Source: Ostrea edulis (Eukaryota). Taken from it: a stretch of 64,000 bases of DNA. A program made the translations under genes and the position numbers. The stretch is taken from positions 53,506,001-53,570,000 of the forward strand of contig NC_079170.1 of the NCBI RefSeq assembly GCF_947568905.1. Reading direction: 5' to 3'. Under the pieces are notes generated by a model. That model was not told the DNA's origin. It ran no database searches and saw only the letters and a list, made by a program, of their open reading frames with translations. Positions 25,859 to 40,164 of this stretch are shown piece after piece; the stretch's first letter is position 1, and every line of letters begins with the position of its first letter.

Positions 25859-28552
25859 CATTATTTTAAATATTACACAAATGTTTTAAAAAGAAATTGT
25901 ATGAAATTACCAAATTTCAGAAACATCGCTATTTGTTAAATTTGACCCAAACCAGAGAAAAAAAGTATCGATCCCGATCAAAATTGATAGAAATTACTAA
26001 AATAATCATATTGTTGCTAATTTTATACACTTTTCATTAAGAAAGTAGTCTCCTTTCTACATGTACATTCATTTAATGTGTAAGCCATTTTACATCAAGG
26101 AAATTAAAGATTTGAAAAATCCCAATATTTCTGGACTTTGGCCATTTCATTTCAAATTCTTTCTTAAATATATATGCAAGATATAATTGTTTCTACTTGA
26201 CATGTTTTTTGAAGAAGAAAAATTAGACGTAAGTTTAAAAAATATTTTCAATAACGTTTTCAATTTTCATAAAGAGTTTTCATATTTAAAAAGAGAGAAT
26301 GTCTATCTGGGTATTTTAGGCATATCTTATTAGATTTCATATCATGCATCAATACTTCGCGCAAGTTATGTCCCTTGTCCGATATCTCCTAGTGAAAAAT
26401 CGTGTTTCCTTACGTTGGCCTTTGTAATTTCCTGATCTGTAGCTTTGACATTTGTTATTTTTCCACCAATTGCAGTCAGCTACAATATAAGGGTGGGGCA
26501 TATTCCAAAAAAAAAATTATATAAAATAAATGAGAGGTTGATGGTGAAATCATTCTTCATACGAGGTGTTTTAAAATAAAATAAAATGTTGGTGTAATGA
26601 GCCAACATAATTCTTTTGTTTTTTATATAATTTTATATATTTCCAAAATCGATTGCATATTAAACACGCGTTGTGTTTAGTATGAAGTTGGTTTTGGAGG
26701 TATATAAAATAATGACAATGTTTATGTTTTTGGCACATACGTCTAGTAAAACGAATAATTAAATGAAAACGAATTACATTTATTCCATAACTACTACTTT
26801 TGTTATTAAATTCTTTCTGATGTTTAGTAGCAGAAGGCGTTATAGTACTTGAGCACTATTTTGGCAAACCGTGATCTTGTTAAGAATGCTTTACACTCTT
26901 AGCTGTTGGTGTCCTTCCCCCGACCACGATTACAGCAAAGTTGAATCCATACTTTAAGAATATTTCCCAAGAAATTGAATTTTAGCCTTGAAAAACTTTA
27001 CAAACCTCGAGTGTCACGATTTGAACAAACTTGCATCAACATTTTATAACGGAAAGCGATCACAAGTTTTGCTATTTCTGCTTCTTTGGAAGATTTTCAA
27101 TGACCTAATTTTACTAGCTACCGGTAGCTTTTATTTGTCTCCCCTCGGAAAGTGGTGTAACCCTTTCTTTAAGTTATGGTGAACATAACCTCGTTTTCCA
27201 AGGATGCTTTGTGGTAAGTTTGGTTGAAGTTGATCTAGTAGTTTTTAAAGTATAAACAGATCACACCAGACAGACAGTGCGTAGGATTAGTGATTTGAAC
27301 TTTCGGACCGTGATCAGATGAATATGTATTGCTTTATTTAGTAATAATTTCTATTGGTCTTTCCTCTTTCATGCACTTTTTGTAGAACAAATTAATATCC
27401 AATCTTCCTTTTCAACGTAATAAGCATTTTTTAACACTTATACGAAGCATTTTTTTAAATATATTTATCAGGTGTGACAAATCACAATAAGATTCTCGTC
27501 ATTGATAAGGTGCACTTTTCTACGTGCTCAGGAATAATTCAGACATGTTAATTTCAAGATTTAGACCCCTGTCAATCAAACGTTAACCCTCAGCAGGAAC
27601 TGTCATGTCTATCATTTACATAAATATTCAACGAGTGTCCTGGTTAAAGAGAAACTAAAAGACGAATTAAAAGTAGAATAATTTATTTTGGATCAACATG
27701 AACAACAAATAAATAACATGAAGGAAATATACAATGGAATTCATGGATGATTCTTGGTTTCTGTATAAAACCATGAGCAGTGCTTCCTTACACAACAAAC
27801 TGAATCAATGAGGGAAATCAAGAGACAATCTATGGTAAAGGCTAAAATGTCCTATATTGACTTTCAATCTTTTGAAGCAAAATTAACCTTATTTTGATTA
27901 AGAGATTTCTGATATATGCTGTTTATAAAAAAAAAAAAACAATGCTGTGCATTCTGAGATATAACGCCATGAATGCAAGACCTGTCCCAGAATTTAGAAT
28001 TTTTGATGAAAAGGGCGCAATCTCGTACCATTTCCTTTTCCTCAAACACAGACAGCATTGGAGACGATGATTTATTATATAACTAAACGTGTATCCCTCA
28101 ACGATATGTAATGGTTCAATACAAAATCACGCGCTTCAAGTTTATTTAATTAAAAAGTCCTAAAAGTGACATTATCAGTGAAAAAATAGACACGCCAAAG
28201 AATACTTCATTTCTGACGTCGAATTCAAGAAAAGACGAAAAAACTGGTTGTTAATATTGTCATGGTTTTGTCATGCAAGAATAAAAGTTTCAAGAAATAT
28301 ATTACAGGTCTCGAAGATTTCCTTCAATTTTCAGGGGCCAAACTAATTAGTTATCATATATAGCTCTTTGTAGAAGTGTAACGTCTGTGTGATGCACAGT
28401 AGTTTTGATATACATTCCAGACTAGTCTGCAAACTATTGATTATGTCACTACAGGCAGAAAAGATAAAATGGTGAATTTGAAGGGTGTCATTGAACCACT
28501 GCTTGTAATAAAGGTTTTACACTGCTTCCAATTTGATATCATAATTTAAAAA

Positions 28553-30325
28553 TTAGTATATCTTTTTCTCTTTTGGGGTAATACAAACATTGCCGCACCC
28601 CATATCACAACATTTGTCAACCCCTGGGCATTCATCGTCGTGTGTGCATTCTGACTTGCACCGCCGGTACATTAAATTTACTGGACATGAGCCTCGTTTT
28701 TCCGGTTTGAAGACTTCCACGTCTGGGTATAGTAAACTATTGACGGGGTAGATGCTGTTGGATTCGGGCGGTTCCATTGTTTTCTCGAGGTAACTGGCGA
28801 AGTGATTGTCAAACGAAGATTGTGTGGCATCGCTTTGTTCTCTCAGAGGTCCATACTCATCGATAATTTCGCGTTCATACTTTCGTTCTGCCTGAGAAAC
28901 GGCGTCGAACACAGCTGATTTTCCTAGAGGTATTTTTCGCTTGGACATTGGATCTATTATGTGCCAGATCGGTTTAAATGAGGGCAAGGAGAGCCCAACA
29001 GGTATAGCAGCTTCAGCCAAACTGTTCTCTGACATGGTGTCAACGGACAACAGGCCGTGTAGATTTTCAGATGGTGGTGTAACAGGTGTGGTAATTGGCG
29101 ATGAAGTTCCGGCGACAGATACTTCCAACGGTGTTCCTAGAGAGCTGCTAAAATTGGGAACTATCGTGGTAGTTGATGGAGGTATTTCTGGTTCTGGAGA
29201 AGAAAGTACTTCCGGTTCTGGAATGACCACAAGATTTTCCTCTGGATAACTTTCCGGTTCGCTACTTGGAGGTAGTATCGGTTTCCTTGTGGTGCCCAAA
29301 TTTTGTGAATTGCTTGGGTTGTTCGATGTTGGGCTCTCTGTGCTTACTGTAGAGGGAAGTACACTAATAGGAATAATTATGGGATTTTGTGTATGGGATA
29401 CTGCAGGAGTTACCGTTTGTCCACTTGTCACAACCGGTGTAGACATAGGGATCCCAGGTGACGATGTGATCGGCACCCAGTCAGGATGAATTGCTTCCCC
29501 AGGTGATGGTGTAATGCTGTTATATTTCAGCGACACAGTAGATAATCTTGCAGGCTTGTTAATCATTTTCGAGGGTAAATGTAAAATATTCTTTCTTTGT
29601 TGCATAAACCAGTTGATAAATTCCCCTAGCTTCCGAAAAACCTTCTGCTGTACAGACTTTTTGGGCGATAATTTTGCTAAAAGTTTCTGAATTCGTGGAT
29701 TGACATTGATAGGTTTTTTATGATTCTTCGGTTTTTTCATAGTCTTCAATTTCAATCTTTTTAATAGCCATCGATTGGCTGCAGCAAGATGGTTGCCTAC
29801 ACTAGGCCCTAGGACGGGTTCTTTATATTTTGGAAGGATGTCAACAACAGTTGGATATACGCAAATAGACGCTTGTCCATAGTTACAGCAGATCTGTGGT
29901 TCCATGCAGGCTGCGTCACTGTCGCAAGCCAGCCCAGTCTTAGAATCCACAATAACGGGGCATTCTCCTGGACGCATGGTGGCGACATCTGTCGTCGCTT
30001 CCGGTTTCATGCAAGCAAACCCAGCTAACGTGTGGGGACAGCATTTAAGTGACCCTGTACAGTCCGAGTCCTGCTTACAGTCACCTCCAGCATTCGTGTA
30101 GGTGGGAATGGGACATATTCCAGATTTATGTAACGAAACTAGAGCCCTAACTCCTGTAAATTAATGAACATAAGAGTTTAGATCTAGTTCAATATACAGT
30201 TACATGTATGTATTTGATTTACTAAAAAATTTATGTCTTCTCAGAAACGATTAAAACAATGATATCTTCGATGACGTACCTGTGATTGCAGAGATGAGAA
30301 AGACCAAATTTCCAAAGCTTCCCAT
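28553..30325 (-). CDS. Secreted WAP (four-disulfide-core) domain protein with a long basic / Pro-Ser-Thr / acidic linker, about 548 aa
   Basis: Exon 30325-30280 (MGSFGNLVFLISAIT, signal-peptide-like, phase-1 donor gtacgt) plus exon 30153-28553. WAP-like units: KSGICP...KCCPHTLAGFACMKP, RPGECP...ICCNYGQASICVYP and KRGSCP...KCCDMGCGNVCITP. Confidence 0.85.
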
Positions 30326-32557
30326 CCTGCCAAAGAAATGAAATGGGCATGATTTGTTGAATCTCATAAGTATCTAAGTACAAATTTCAATATTAATAAG
30401 TATAATCGGTACGCTGACAAAAAAAATAATTGGAAGTCAAAATAATTATTTGCATTTTTTGTGAATTTTACACATGTAAATGACAATTTAAATGCCTGTT
30501 TGACAAGTAATTATTAGCCTGGTACACGAGCGTACAAAGCTTTAGTGCTAATGAATATTATTGTTCCGCTCTGGACAACATGTCCAAATCCTGATAAGTA
30601 TAAAGGGGATAGGTGTACTTGTTTGTAAATGCATTTTCTCTCTCAATCTCTAATCTCTTTCTCTTTGATTTAAAAAACGTACCAAAAATTCTTAGATCGG
30701 TATCTAATTATCATATCTAGCTCTCAACCCCGTGCCCCTTTATCATATTGAGTGAATAAAAAACAATCTTAATTGAAACTTAATTCAAATTAATTCTTAC
30801 CTTGTTTGGAAGTGTACAACGATATCAGGGTATCTGCAGACTTTAAGATCCGTATCCGTAATGCCGTTTTAATTTTATCCACTTCGTGTCAAAAGAAAAT
30901 ATTTCATTTTATGCAGTGTCACCATAACAGTCATGACGGCTGAAATCAGGATTCACAGTGGTGTGTTCGCACGGGAGGACTGTTTCGTTTCAAAGTGACC
31001 CATGGGGTTTTAAGAGAAGTTATTTGAATATATTTGATCACTGACAAGTCGCTAATTACAAATTTAGAACATAATTATTTGCATGCATAATGTGTGTAAT
31101 TACGATTCTCTGTCGATCAGAAATTGAATTGAAAATGAACTGATCACCATATTTATATCAAATTCTTTTCCGCGTTTTAAAATTATGCACATGTAAATGT
31201 ATATATCGGGCGTATATATGTGTTCTGACAGGACCTTGCCTGTAAGTCCGTACATTAGCGAATAGAAATATTTTGCTGGGATAGTAAAATGTGTATATTG
31301 CATTATCTTGGTTCTATGACCGCTGTTCTGAGAGTCATGTTCGCAAAGATTTATCTATTTATTGTTCTCAATTCTTCAATTTCATTGTAAACGTATAAGA
31401 AAAACACATATTAGCTCTTATAAAGTAACTTCGATTCTGACAAAAATATTTAGTAATGCATAATTTTTAGTTTCACCTCCCCACCCCTCTTCTTGCGAGG
31501 GCATTCCGTTAATGTGTGACTAGAACTTTAATGCCCATATACACCTGCCACAATGCGTTTCAATAATACATGTAGATGTCCCTCACAGATCTTCGAATTT
31601 CCAACTGCAACATGCATTTCTTTATTGTAGCTTTCTACATGACAATTGTATCGATTATGTAAGGAGAAGAACTTGTAAGGTGTATAATTTGTTTCTAACC
31701 ATCTTGATTACATCAATAACTATCCCTTTCCTTTGGATTTCTACTTTCGTTTTCGCGTTTCCGGATAACCGGCCACCTATGAACTGCATGCATTCGAAAA
31801 CAAGTCTACCTGTCTGCAAAATCAGATAGGGGGCCAGTGTAATCTGATGTCTTACAAAATATCAAATCCGTCCTGCAGCCATTTATATCTAACCGATATA
31901 TACATGTGTAAAACCAACCAGAACGAAACTTCCAGAGAGCGCCCCCTCCCCCTCCAAAAAACTTTTGTTCGCATGAATGTACTTGTTCTAGTTGCCATTT
32001 CTCCTTTTTAGGATTGCACGTTCAAAACTGTTAGTTAAAAATACTAGTATCACATCTTTTTAATGTTACTAAAGTAAAGCCATTGCTCCTTTGTAAAACG
32101 CTCGGCATTTAGAAGTGAGAATCACGGGTCTATCCCGTGAACGCTAATGTATGGTACAGCACCAGTAACTGGTGGAACATTATCGACAGGACGTAAAACA
32201 AACAACTAAATTATGTAAATGTCAAAGTTCACACGCTCAGCGCTATTCAGTACATTTGATTTGTTGTAAGTCACAAGTACTGTTAATTGTTACACCGACA
32301 ACAATCAAAAGATTTTTTAAACATATCTGTACAATCACTGGGTTTATAAAACTTGAATTGTTTTGAGTGTGCCGTGTTATAAATGCCAACATCGGTCTTG
32401 TCATTTTGAAGAATCGTGTGAAAACAGTTCATTGTGATTCATTCAAACCCTGTTTGGAATTCAATTTTGAAACGTGTGTGGCAGAATCTTTCAATAATAT
32501 TGCAAATTTTTGTATAGTATAATTAGCTAAATTTCACTCCGATAAATGCATGTCTTC

Positions 32558-32689
32558 NNNNNNNNNNNNNNNNNNNNNNNNNNNNNNNNNNNNNNNNNNN
32601 NNNNNNNNNNNNNNNNNNNNNNNNNNNNNNNNNNNNNNNNNNNNNNNNNNNNNNNNNNNNNNNNNNNNNNNNNNNNNNNNNNNNNNNNN
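32558..32689. other. Assembly gap (132 N)
   Basis: Run of n. Confidence 1.
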
Positions 32690-33144
32690 TCCTTTACTGT
32701 TGACTGCAATGTAGTTTTTCTATCTCGATCCACTAAATAAAACGATACCAACAATTCTACGAATTGGTATATCTTATTAGAAATATCTAATGCACTATCA
32801 CGTTTCTCGACATTGGCAAGTTTATAAACCGTCTCTTTCTCTCTCACATGTACACATCTAACTTGAATTTTTATCTCTTTTTTTTTTTTATCTTTTATGA
32901 AGTAAAGATCTCTCTAATTCTCTGTGGCCCAGGACTACTTTTGGATTTTCTTCTGCTGTTTGTAGTATTTTCATGAAGACCTGAATGTGAATAATATTTC
33001 AATCAGACAACATTCTTGGGGTGTTCTTTAACAAATTTCATTGACATCGCGATTTTTTGTTTTGAATTTCGAAAGTCGTGTTTTGTTTTATTTGGGGGAA
33101 GGTGTCCTGAATGACTCCCACCCCAATACATGCCTATTTATATC

Positions 33145-33773
33145 AACACACCCACCCATCCACACACTCGTATTAACACACACACCCATCCACACACACA
33201 TATCAACACACCCACCCATCCACACACGCATATTAACACACACACCCATCCACACACGCATATTAACACACCCACCCATACACACACACATATCAACATA
33301 CCCACCCATCCACACACACATATCAACATACCCACCAATACACACACACATATCAACATACCCACTCATCCACACACACATATCAACATACCCACTCATC
33401 CACACACGCATATCAACATACCCACTCATCCACACACACATATCAACATACCCACCCATCCACACACACATATCAACATACCCACCCATCCACACACATA
33501 TATCAACATACTCACTCATACACACACACATATCAACATACCCACCCATACACACACACATATCAACACACCCACCCATCCACACACATATATCAACATA
33601 CCCACCCATCCACACACACATATCAACATACCCACCCATCACACACACATATCAACATACCCACTCATCCACACACACATATCAACATACCCACCCATCC
33701 ACACACACATATCAACATACCCACCCATCCACACACACATATCAACATACCCACTCATCCACACACACATATC
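33145..33773. repeat. 30-bp CA-rich minisatellite (cacccatccacacacacatatcaacatacc), about 21 copies
   Basis: Direct tandem copies; the source of the spurious repetitive ORFs at 33041-33850. Confidence 0.95.
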
Positions 33774-35481
33774 AAGACAAATACGCAAGAAATGGTAAAC
33801 ACACGTACAATGTATATTCTGTTGAATTCAACGTGATTTTATTTTTATGATCGTTTTCACTACTAGTATTTAAATTATGTTTATATAGACACATACTGAT
33901 AATCTTAATATATAAAATTGAAAGCAGTGTATCACAGTCATAGAAAAGGGGCCATGTTGAATCTAATCCCCGAAATTAATATCACATCAAAAATAAATAA
34001 GTCTATAAATAAATGATTCTTGGTAGTAAGTTTAACCAGCTGGGAGGGGGTCCTGCGTTTTTCTATGATAACTATTTATGAGAAGAAAATACACTTCCGT
34101 CAAATTTTCCTGGCAGGTTTTATCAATGCATCGCTCGAAATAATTTCGGAGTTGCACAGGGAAACTATGGGAGCTCTCTAGGATTGAACATAGTTAATTC
34201 TAGGGACATTGACAGATAAATGGAAAAAGGTATGGAAACGGAAAACTCCTGAAAATCATCTTTTTCAAAAGGAATAGAGGTTACATGTATTCGACCTGAA
34301 GAGTGTCTGTTTATTGCAGACTGCATCTATAAGTTAATTAGATTCTAATTGCACTCCATCCCTGTTGTATCCTGAAAGATTTTATTTTTATTTTTCAATT
34401 TCTATATTTGAACAACTTATACATATTTTAAACATATGTATTTCTTGGTCAATTTAATGTGAATTTGAAACGATTTACAATTAAAATTGGGGCGTGATTT
34501 AATTTACAATTTAAATGTCACTTCGGGGTCAAATTGAAATGAAACTAGTTTTCAACCTTTCTATTCTTAGTGGAGTGATTTAAATGAAATTCAGAAACTG
34601 CATTTATAATTATCAAAATCTGTTAATTGAAGCCGTAATCAATATGTTAAGCATATGAACTGACAAATGATAATTATTTCTTCGGGTCTTTAATGAGTCA
34701 ACTAATTCAAAATGATTTCAAGAGGTGAATTTAATTAATGCTGTGTTAAAAAATGTACATTTTCGTGTTAAATTTAGATATCATGACATATAATCACTTG
34801 ACCTTTTTCATATTTAGATTATGAAGCTATTTTTTTCTATTTCATCCAGTTGATGGACAGAATATAAATACCGGTGTATATTGCTCGTTGTTTACTCACA
34901 GTTGAAGTACATTGCACTACGATTCGTTCGCCCTCACAATGTGGCGGTATGTGGAGCAAGCACAGCGTGTATTAGACTTGTTTGATTTTTTTTATTTTAC
35001 CTGAGTGAAAGGTCGAATGATTTAAGGGGTTATGATTTCAGAAAGAACAAGGTACGATTGTATACATAAAAAGGCCCAAAAAATTTCTCTATAAAATGTG
35101 TCTGGAATTAACCTTAATCAGCGTTTTAATAAAGTAAAATATATGCCAGGTATACTATGTCAACAAAATCAGAATGATATTCCTAAATGGATAGCATTAT
35201 GATGAATATGAATTTGCTCGACGCATGCGCTGTATGTTTTCTGAATGGAAAACCACTTGAATGTGTGGATATTTTCATTGAAAATGGCATTTTTGCAATT
35301 TTATGCCAACTTCAAGCTCTCGTCATATGACACAAATCATTTTGCTGATCAAACTGAGCGAATTTTGGGTTTGCTAATCTATTCCTTATTTGAATGCCAG
35401 GGTTTGAGCTCCAAGTGAAATCATCGATATTTTGGGCCAGATGACGTTAAAATATGATTTTATGAATTGAATCTTGTCTGC

Positions 35482-35484
<3 letters not shown>

Positions 35485-35524
<40 letters not shown>
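35485..35524. repeat. (AT)n microsatellite
   Basis: Pure AT run. Confidence 0.95.
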
Positions 35525-35526
<2 letters not shown>

Positions 35527-35565
35527 AAATTGTGTTTTTAAAAAAATCACAGTGTCCGGTATAAA

Positions 35566-35754
35566 ATATTAAAAGAAATAGAATAAACAGTACACAAAGT
35601 TAAAAATTTAACGCAAGCGCTTTCATTTTATAATCCTCAGGCGTTACATGTTAAAATTTATAATTTTAAAATGTAACGCCTGAAGATTATAAAATGAAAG
35701 CGCTTGCGTTAAATTTTTAACTTTGTGTACTGTTTATTCTATTTCTTTTAATAT
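35566..35754. repeat. 189-bp near-perfect palindrome (foldback/MITE-like)
   Basis: atattaaaagaaatagaataaacagtacacaaagttaaaaatttaacgcaagcgc... is mirrored by ...gcgcttgcgttaaatttttaactttgtgtactgtttattctatttcttttaatat; centre near 35660. Confidence 0.9.
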
Positions 35755-36784
35755 ATATATATAAACGCATTAAAACTTTTTTAATCATTTAAATTGATCC
35801 TCTTTGATGTATAGCAACCTATTTCATTGCCTGTCTGATTATATACTTCTTTTTTTATCAATCGTTGCAACTCTGATGGTTAATCGGATATGTGTACTTC
35901 ATGCAACAATGTATACCAGTCTGACAAACAGGACTCTACTGCAGTACTGTGGTAGGGACTGAAAATTATAAACGTTCATACAGCTACTCTTCTGCATTCC
36001 TTTGGAACACACTGTCTCAAAATGTTCGAAACTCTTGTTCGGTTGGCATTTTTAAAGTTGTGGAATATTTTAATAGAAGTAGCACTTAAATATCGTGCTT
36101 TCCTCTTTTTGTTCAGGTGTGCCATATGTAGTTGTGATATGGCAATGTGTTTGCGTGTGTCATGTGATATTTTTTTTTCTTCTTTCCTTTTATGTGATGT
36201 GTTCATATTTAGATAATAATTTTATTACTAATTAGTTGTGTCTTATGCTATGTTTTCCCCATTTCTTTTTATATCGTATTCATATTTAGATAATAATTTT
36301 AGATGTTAATTTTAAGTTTGTGTATATGTTTTATAGCAGGACCACAATGGAAACTAGCTATAGGCTATAATCTGTGTTACCCTGGATAAATAAAGGCTAC
36401 CATTATTATCATTAGGGACGGGCTGATTGTAGTCAAACTGCATTTATGTGAATAAATTCTAAAGTAACATTCTATAATTTCTAAAACGATTGCATCAAAT
36501 TATATAGGAAGTAAATAATAAATAAGTGAATAATTCATTATAGTGGCGTGTATAATAGAACATTTTCATTTCAGTCCGATACCTGTTAATACCATTATAC
36601 ATCCGGACTAACTGACTTCAAGGACACAATAAACGATGTTTGCGCATGTACAGTCATGTGAATATATATTTTGATACATAATTAAATTTTGTGGCTTTCT
36701 ATATTTTTTGGTATTATAAGAATTATAAATAAATCGGGGGAAATTACAAACAATATCAATGAACACTGAGTCATCAGTTTGATT

Positions 36785-36991
36785 TTAATTTGCATGCATT
36801 AAGTCTATTTTCAATATACAGGATCGAATTTCTTTGCTCGTTATGAAAGGAACAGAGTAGTGGGATTCCATTTCATGTAGGTCACACATAAAACATTTTC
36901 TATCCTCGATAGGTTCCCCATTATATCGACCCTTTTCGATCTGTAGGGGCAGGATTCCACATCTGAACATTTTATTGGTTTTAGAATGCAC
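36785..36991 (-). mobile_element. LINE ORF2 C-terminal remnant
   Basis: FRCGILPLQIEKGRYNGEPIEDRKCFMC resembles the LRIETGRY...C..C tail of the element at 10850-10990. Confidence 0.55.
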
Positions 36992-39148
36992 GATGTTACG
37001 TAGTTTTCTACGTTTTAACGTAAAAAGGGTGCAAGATTTGAAATATGCTGTAAATCATTTCATTGTAAGCCAATCGATTTCCATATTTAAACGTATTTCC
37101 TCTAAATGTTGTAAATTACAAGGTGTAGAATTTGGATTGATATTTTAAAAGTATAGCGAATCATGATACTTTTTTATTTGAAAATTCCAATTCGATTTAT
37201 ATTCTTCTCAGAAAATATAATACATTTTGTGGAAAAAAGACATGTGTAAAATTGATATATCAGATACATGATTGTATTAAAAAGTGACACTCCTGTCAGA
37301 TAACTAAATTAAATATATTTTGTATTTCCTACATGAATGGGTTGGGGGGGTGCTATTTATATTTGTTTTTGTTTGTTTATTGTTTTTAGTAACATGTTTA
37401 ATTCAAAATCCTAATCATAGCTTTATTTGCGAAATCATAACCCAAGAAAGACGGAAATCAAGGTTACTATTTTTTTAATTTGATCAGTCAGACATGTTTT
37501 ATCTTTAAAATTTTATCATCATCACTACATGTCTTAATCATCGTATACACATCAACACATCGCACGCGGTTTTTAACCGCAATATGGATAATTAACTTGT
37601 TGTGAATCCGGATATAATCCTAATCCCCCACATTTAGCGGAGACATCATAGGTGTTTTATCACAACAAAATAGCCGTAATGTTGACTTGGATTACCAAAA
37701 AATCCATCTCCTAATTAATACAAATGGCTTCCATGTTTTTGTAACAAGTGTGCGCTTTTTCGACGATGCGCTGTGCCGCGGAAATGATGAGTTTTGAAAT
37801 TGGCGGAGAGATGAAAAGAGCATGCGCGTGTATTTTGATAACGGTTAGTGTGTGAGTCTCGGATGGTTTCATACTGATCATTTTTGAGAAAATAACGGAG
37901 ACGAAACGTTCTATGAAAAACTGAGGTAGGTGATTTTAGTCGTGTTTATTTATTGTTACAATTTGTTTTATTGGTATTTTTATACAGTTGTGTTATTATA
38001 GGTAGTATGAATTTAGATACATGTAAATGCATATAATTTTAGATTAATATAACACTTTAATAATACACGCTATATCTAATTTTCAAAATTAAAAAAAAAT
38101 ATCGAAATGAGCAATACACTGTAGAATAATACAAATTAATAGTTATCTTGCTTACAGTAACGACAGCAGTAACATTTAGTCTAAGTATTTATATTTGTCA
38201 TTAAATTGATATCCATCCTCCGCAATTTTCTAACCTTTCCAAAACTTCTTCCTTTTCCTTGTTTACAGTAATGTTTTTCTACACAAAGTAACCAAGACTT
38301 GTAACAGTTGATTTGTAACAGGAAATTTTAATTTGATGTGTCGCTTCTCGTTTATTAGTTTCACGTAAAATTGATAATCTGTTTTTAAGTGTTTCTATGC
38401 CGTTCCTACAATATGATATATATCTAAAGGGCAAGTAAGAAATAAATTTCATTTTTGAAAATACATGAGGGCATGGGCTGCGACGCTTCCCGCCATCCTA
38501 CTTCATGAATTTAAGCGCGTTCGCAATTTGTTAAGACTGCGTTTTCTCCGCACGTTTACCTAATACTACTTTATAATTACTGTATTATTATATACCCTAG
38601 TAGTCCTCATCTCTTAACGTAGTGAACTTACATTTTATAATATCTATTTTAGGAGAAATTTTGGACTAATCGAGAAATAGCCTACATACATATATATGCG
38701 TTTGAGCTTTGAGAATACAGATAAAAATCGCTGTATAACTTAGCTTGTAGATTATAAAGACTTACCGATTATAAATTAGTCTCCAAAAAAAGTATGTAAA
38801 AACTAAAACTTTGAATAAATTATCTTTTTAGTTAAGGGTGTATTTCGCGAAATCATTCGTTCTCTGTGATCTTGCCGAAATTTTCGCAACATTCTGCTGC
38901 GATATTTAACATGAAGAAGGAAGAGGGATTAGACAAAAGAATTTGTTGGGCCCTTGAATAATGTCGATGAATTATAGAAGCTGTTAAAATATGAATTTTG
39001 GTAATCTATCGATATAATCGCCGCACATTACAGACTCAAGGATACTAGGATAATATCATTCAAAAGCAGAAACCCGATGCGGAAAAAAAAATATCTAGTG
39101 TAATAAGGCTTTTTTATGTAAACAGTATTTTATTCATAAGTATACATA

Positions 39149-39184
<36 letters not shown>

Positions 39185-39458
39185 AATCTGATTAAAATCA
39201 GCAGACTTTTATCCACATCGTCCACTTTGTCTGTGCTGCAGAGTATACAACACGGATCTAAGAAGTCTGATTTTAATCAGATCGAGATAGATCGCTTGAA
39301 GATTTCACATTTATTACAAAGCGCCTTGGAATATATATGCATGCACTTTTTTTCTATACCAAGAATGAATGGGGGAAATGGAAATATATTTTTTAGAAAT
39401 TAAATAAAAGAATTAATTAGATAATTATGAATAAAGGAGGTGGCAATGCAATTTGGTG

Positions 39459-39670
39459 CCGATGTTGTAGCATAGACTTTTCCCCCGCATAGACTTTCCA
39501 CCCGAAAAAACGGGCCCGGAATAGATCTTCCCCCATAGGTGGAAAAAGCGCCCCAACATATAATTTCCTCCTTTGTACAAAGTCAGTATAGAGTTTCCCC
39601 CTGGGCGGAAAAACCGCCCTGGTATAGAATTTCCCCCCTCCTGTTTCCGGATTTCATCGATCGGAATCTT
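39459..39670 (+). repeat. Left arm of an inverted repeat pair
   Basis: ccgatgttgtagcatagactttcccccgcatagactttcc... matches the reverse complement of 44085-44266. Confidence 0.7.
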
Positions 39671-40164
39671 TTTTCCTCTCATATAGAAGCTTTTGAATAA
39701 ATATATGAATGAAGCAAACCCATGCAATTGAAGATAATAATCAATGAAATTTGTTATTATTGCTATAAAGAGGTACATGTTATTAAAAAAAAAAGTTATA
39801 AAAAAGAAACAAATATTGCTGTTAAATTGTTATATTTTAATGAAATAGATATGCGCTCACTTTTTTAGATGTTCAAGTTGGGTTTACACGCTGAAAACTT
39901 TGAATTGCATATAGTAAATACAATATGCTTCCCAAAAGATTGTAACGATGGTCAATATCATTTGATGTTTTTCGTAAAACGTCGACTAAAAGATATACAA
40001 TTAAAATATTTGAAAAGTAAAATGGATGCACTGTATAAATAAAAGTAATTTAATTTTCCCGTTTATTTAAATTCGAAATTTTAGATTTAAAAAACTCATT
40101 AACTTCTTCCCAACTTCACTATTTCAGATGTTAGATACTAGTTACTCGCTCACTGGATACTGTT

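Noticed and set aside
33041-33850. Long His/Thr/Pro-rich ORFs
   Set aside because: Translations of the 30-bp minisatellite in several frames; no splice or domain support.
37790-37926. Candidate non-coding first exon (donor GAG|GTAGGT) for the homeobox gene
   Set aside because: Plausible, but 8 kb away with no transcript evidence.
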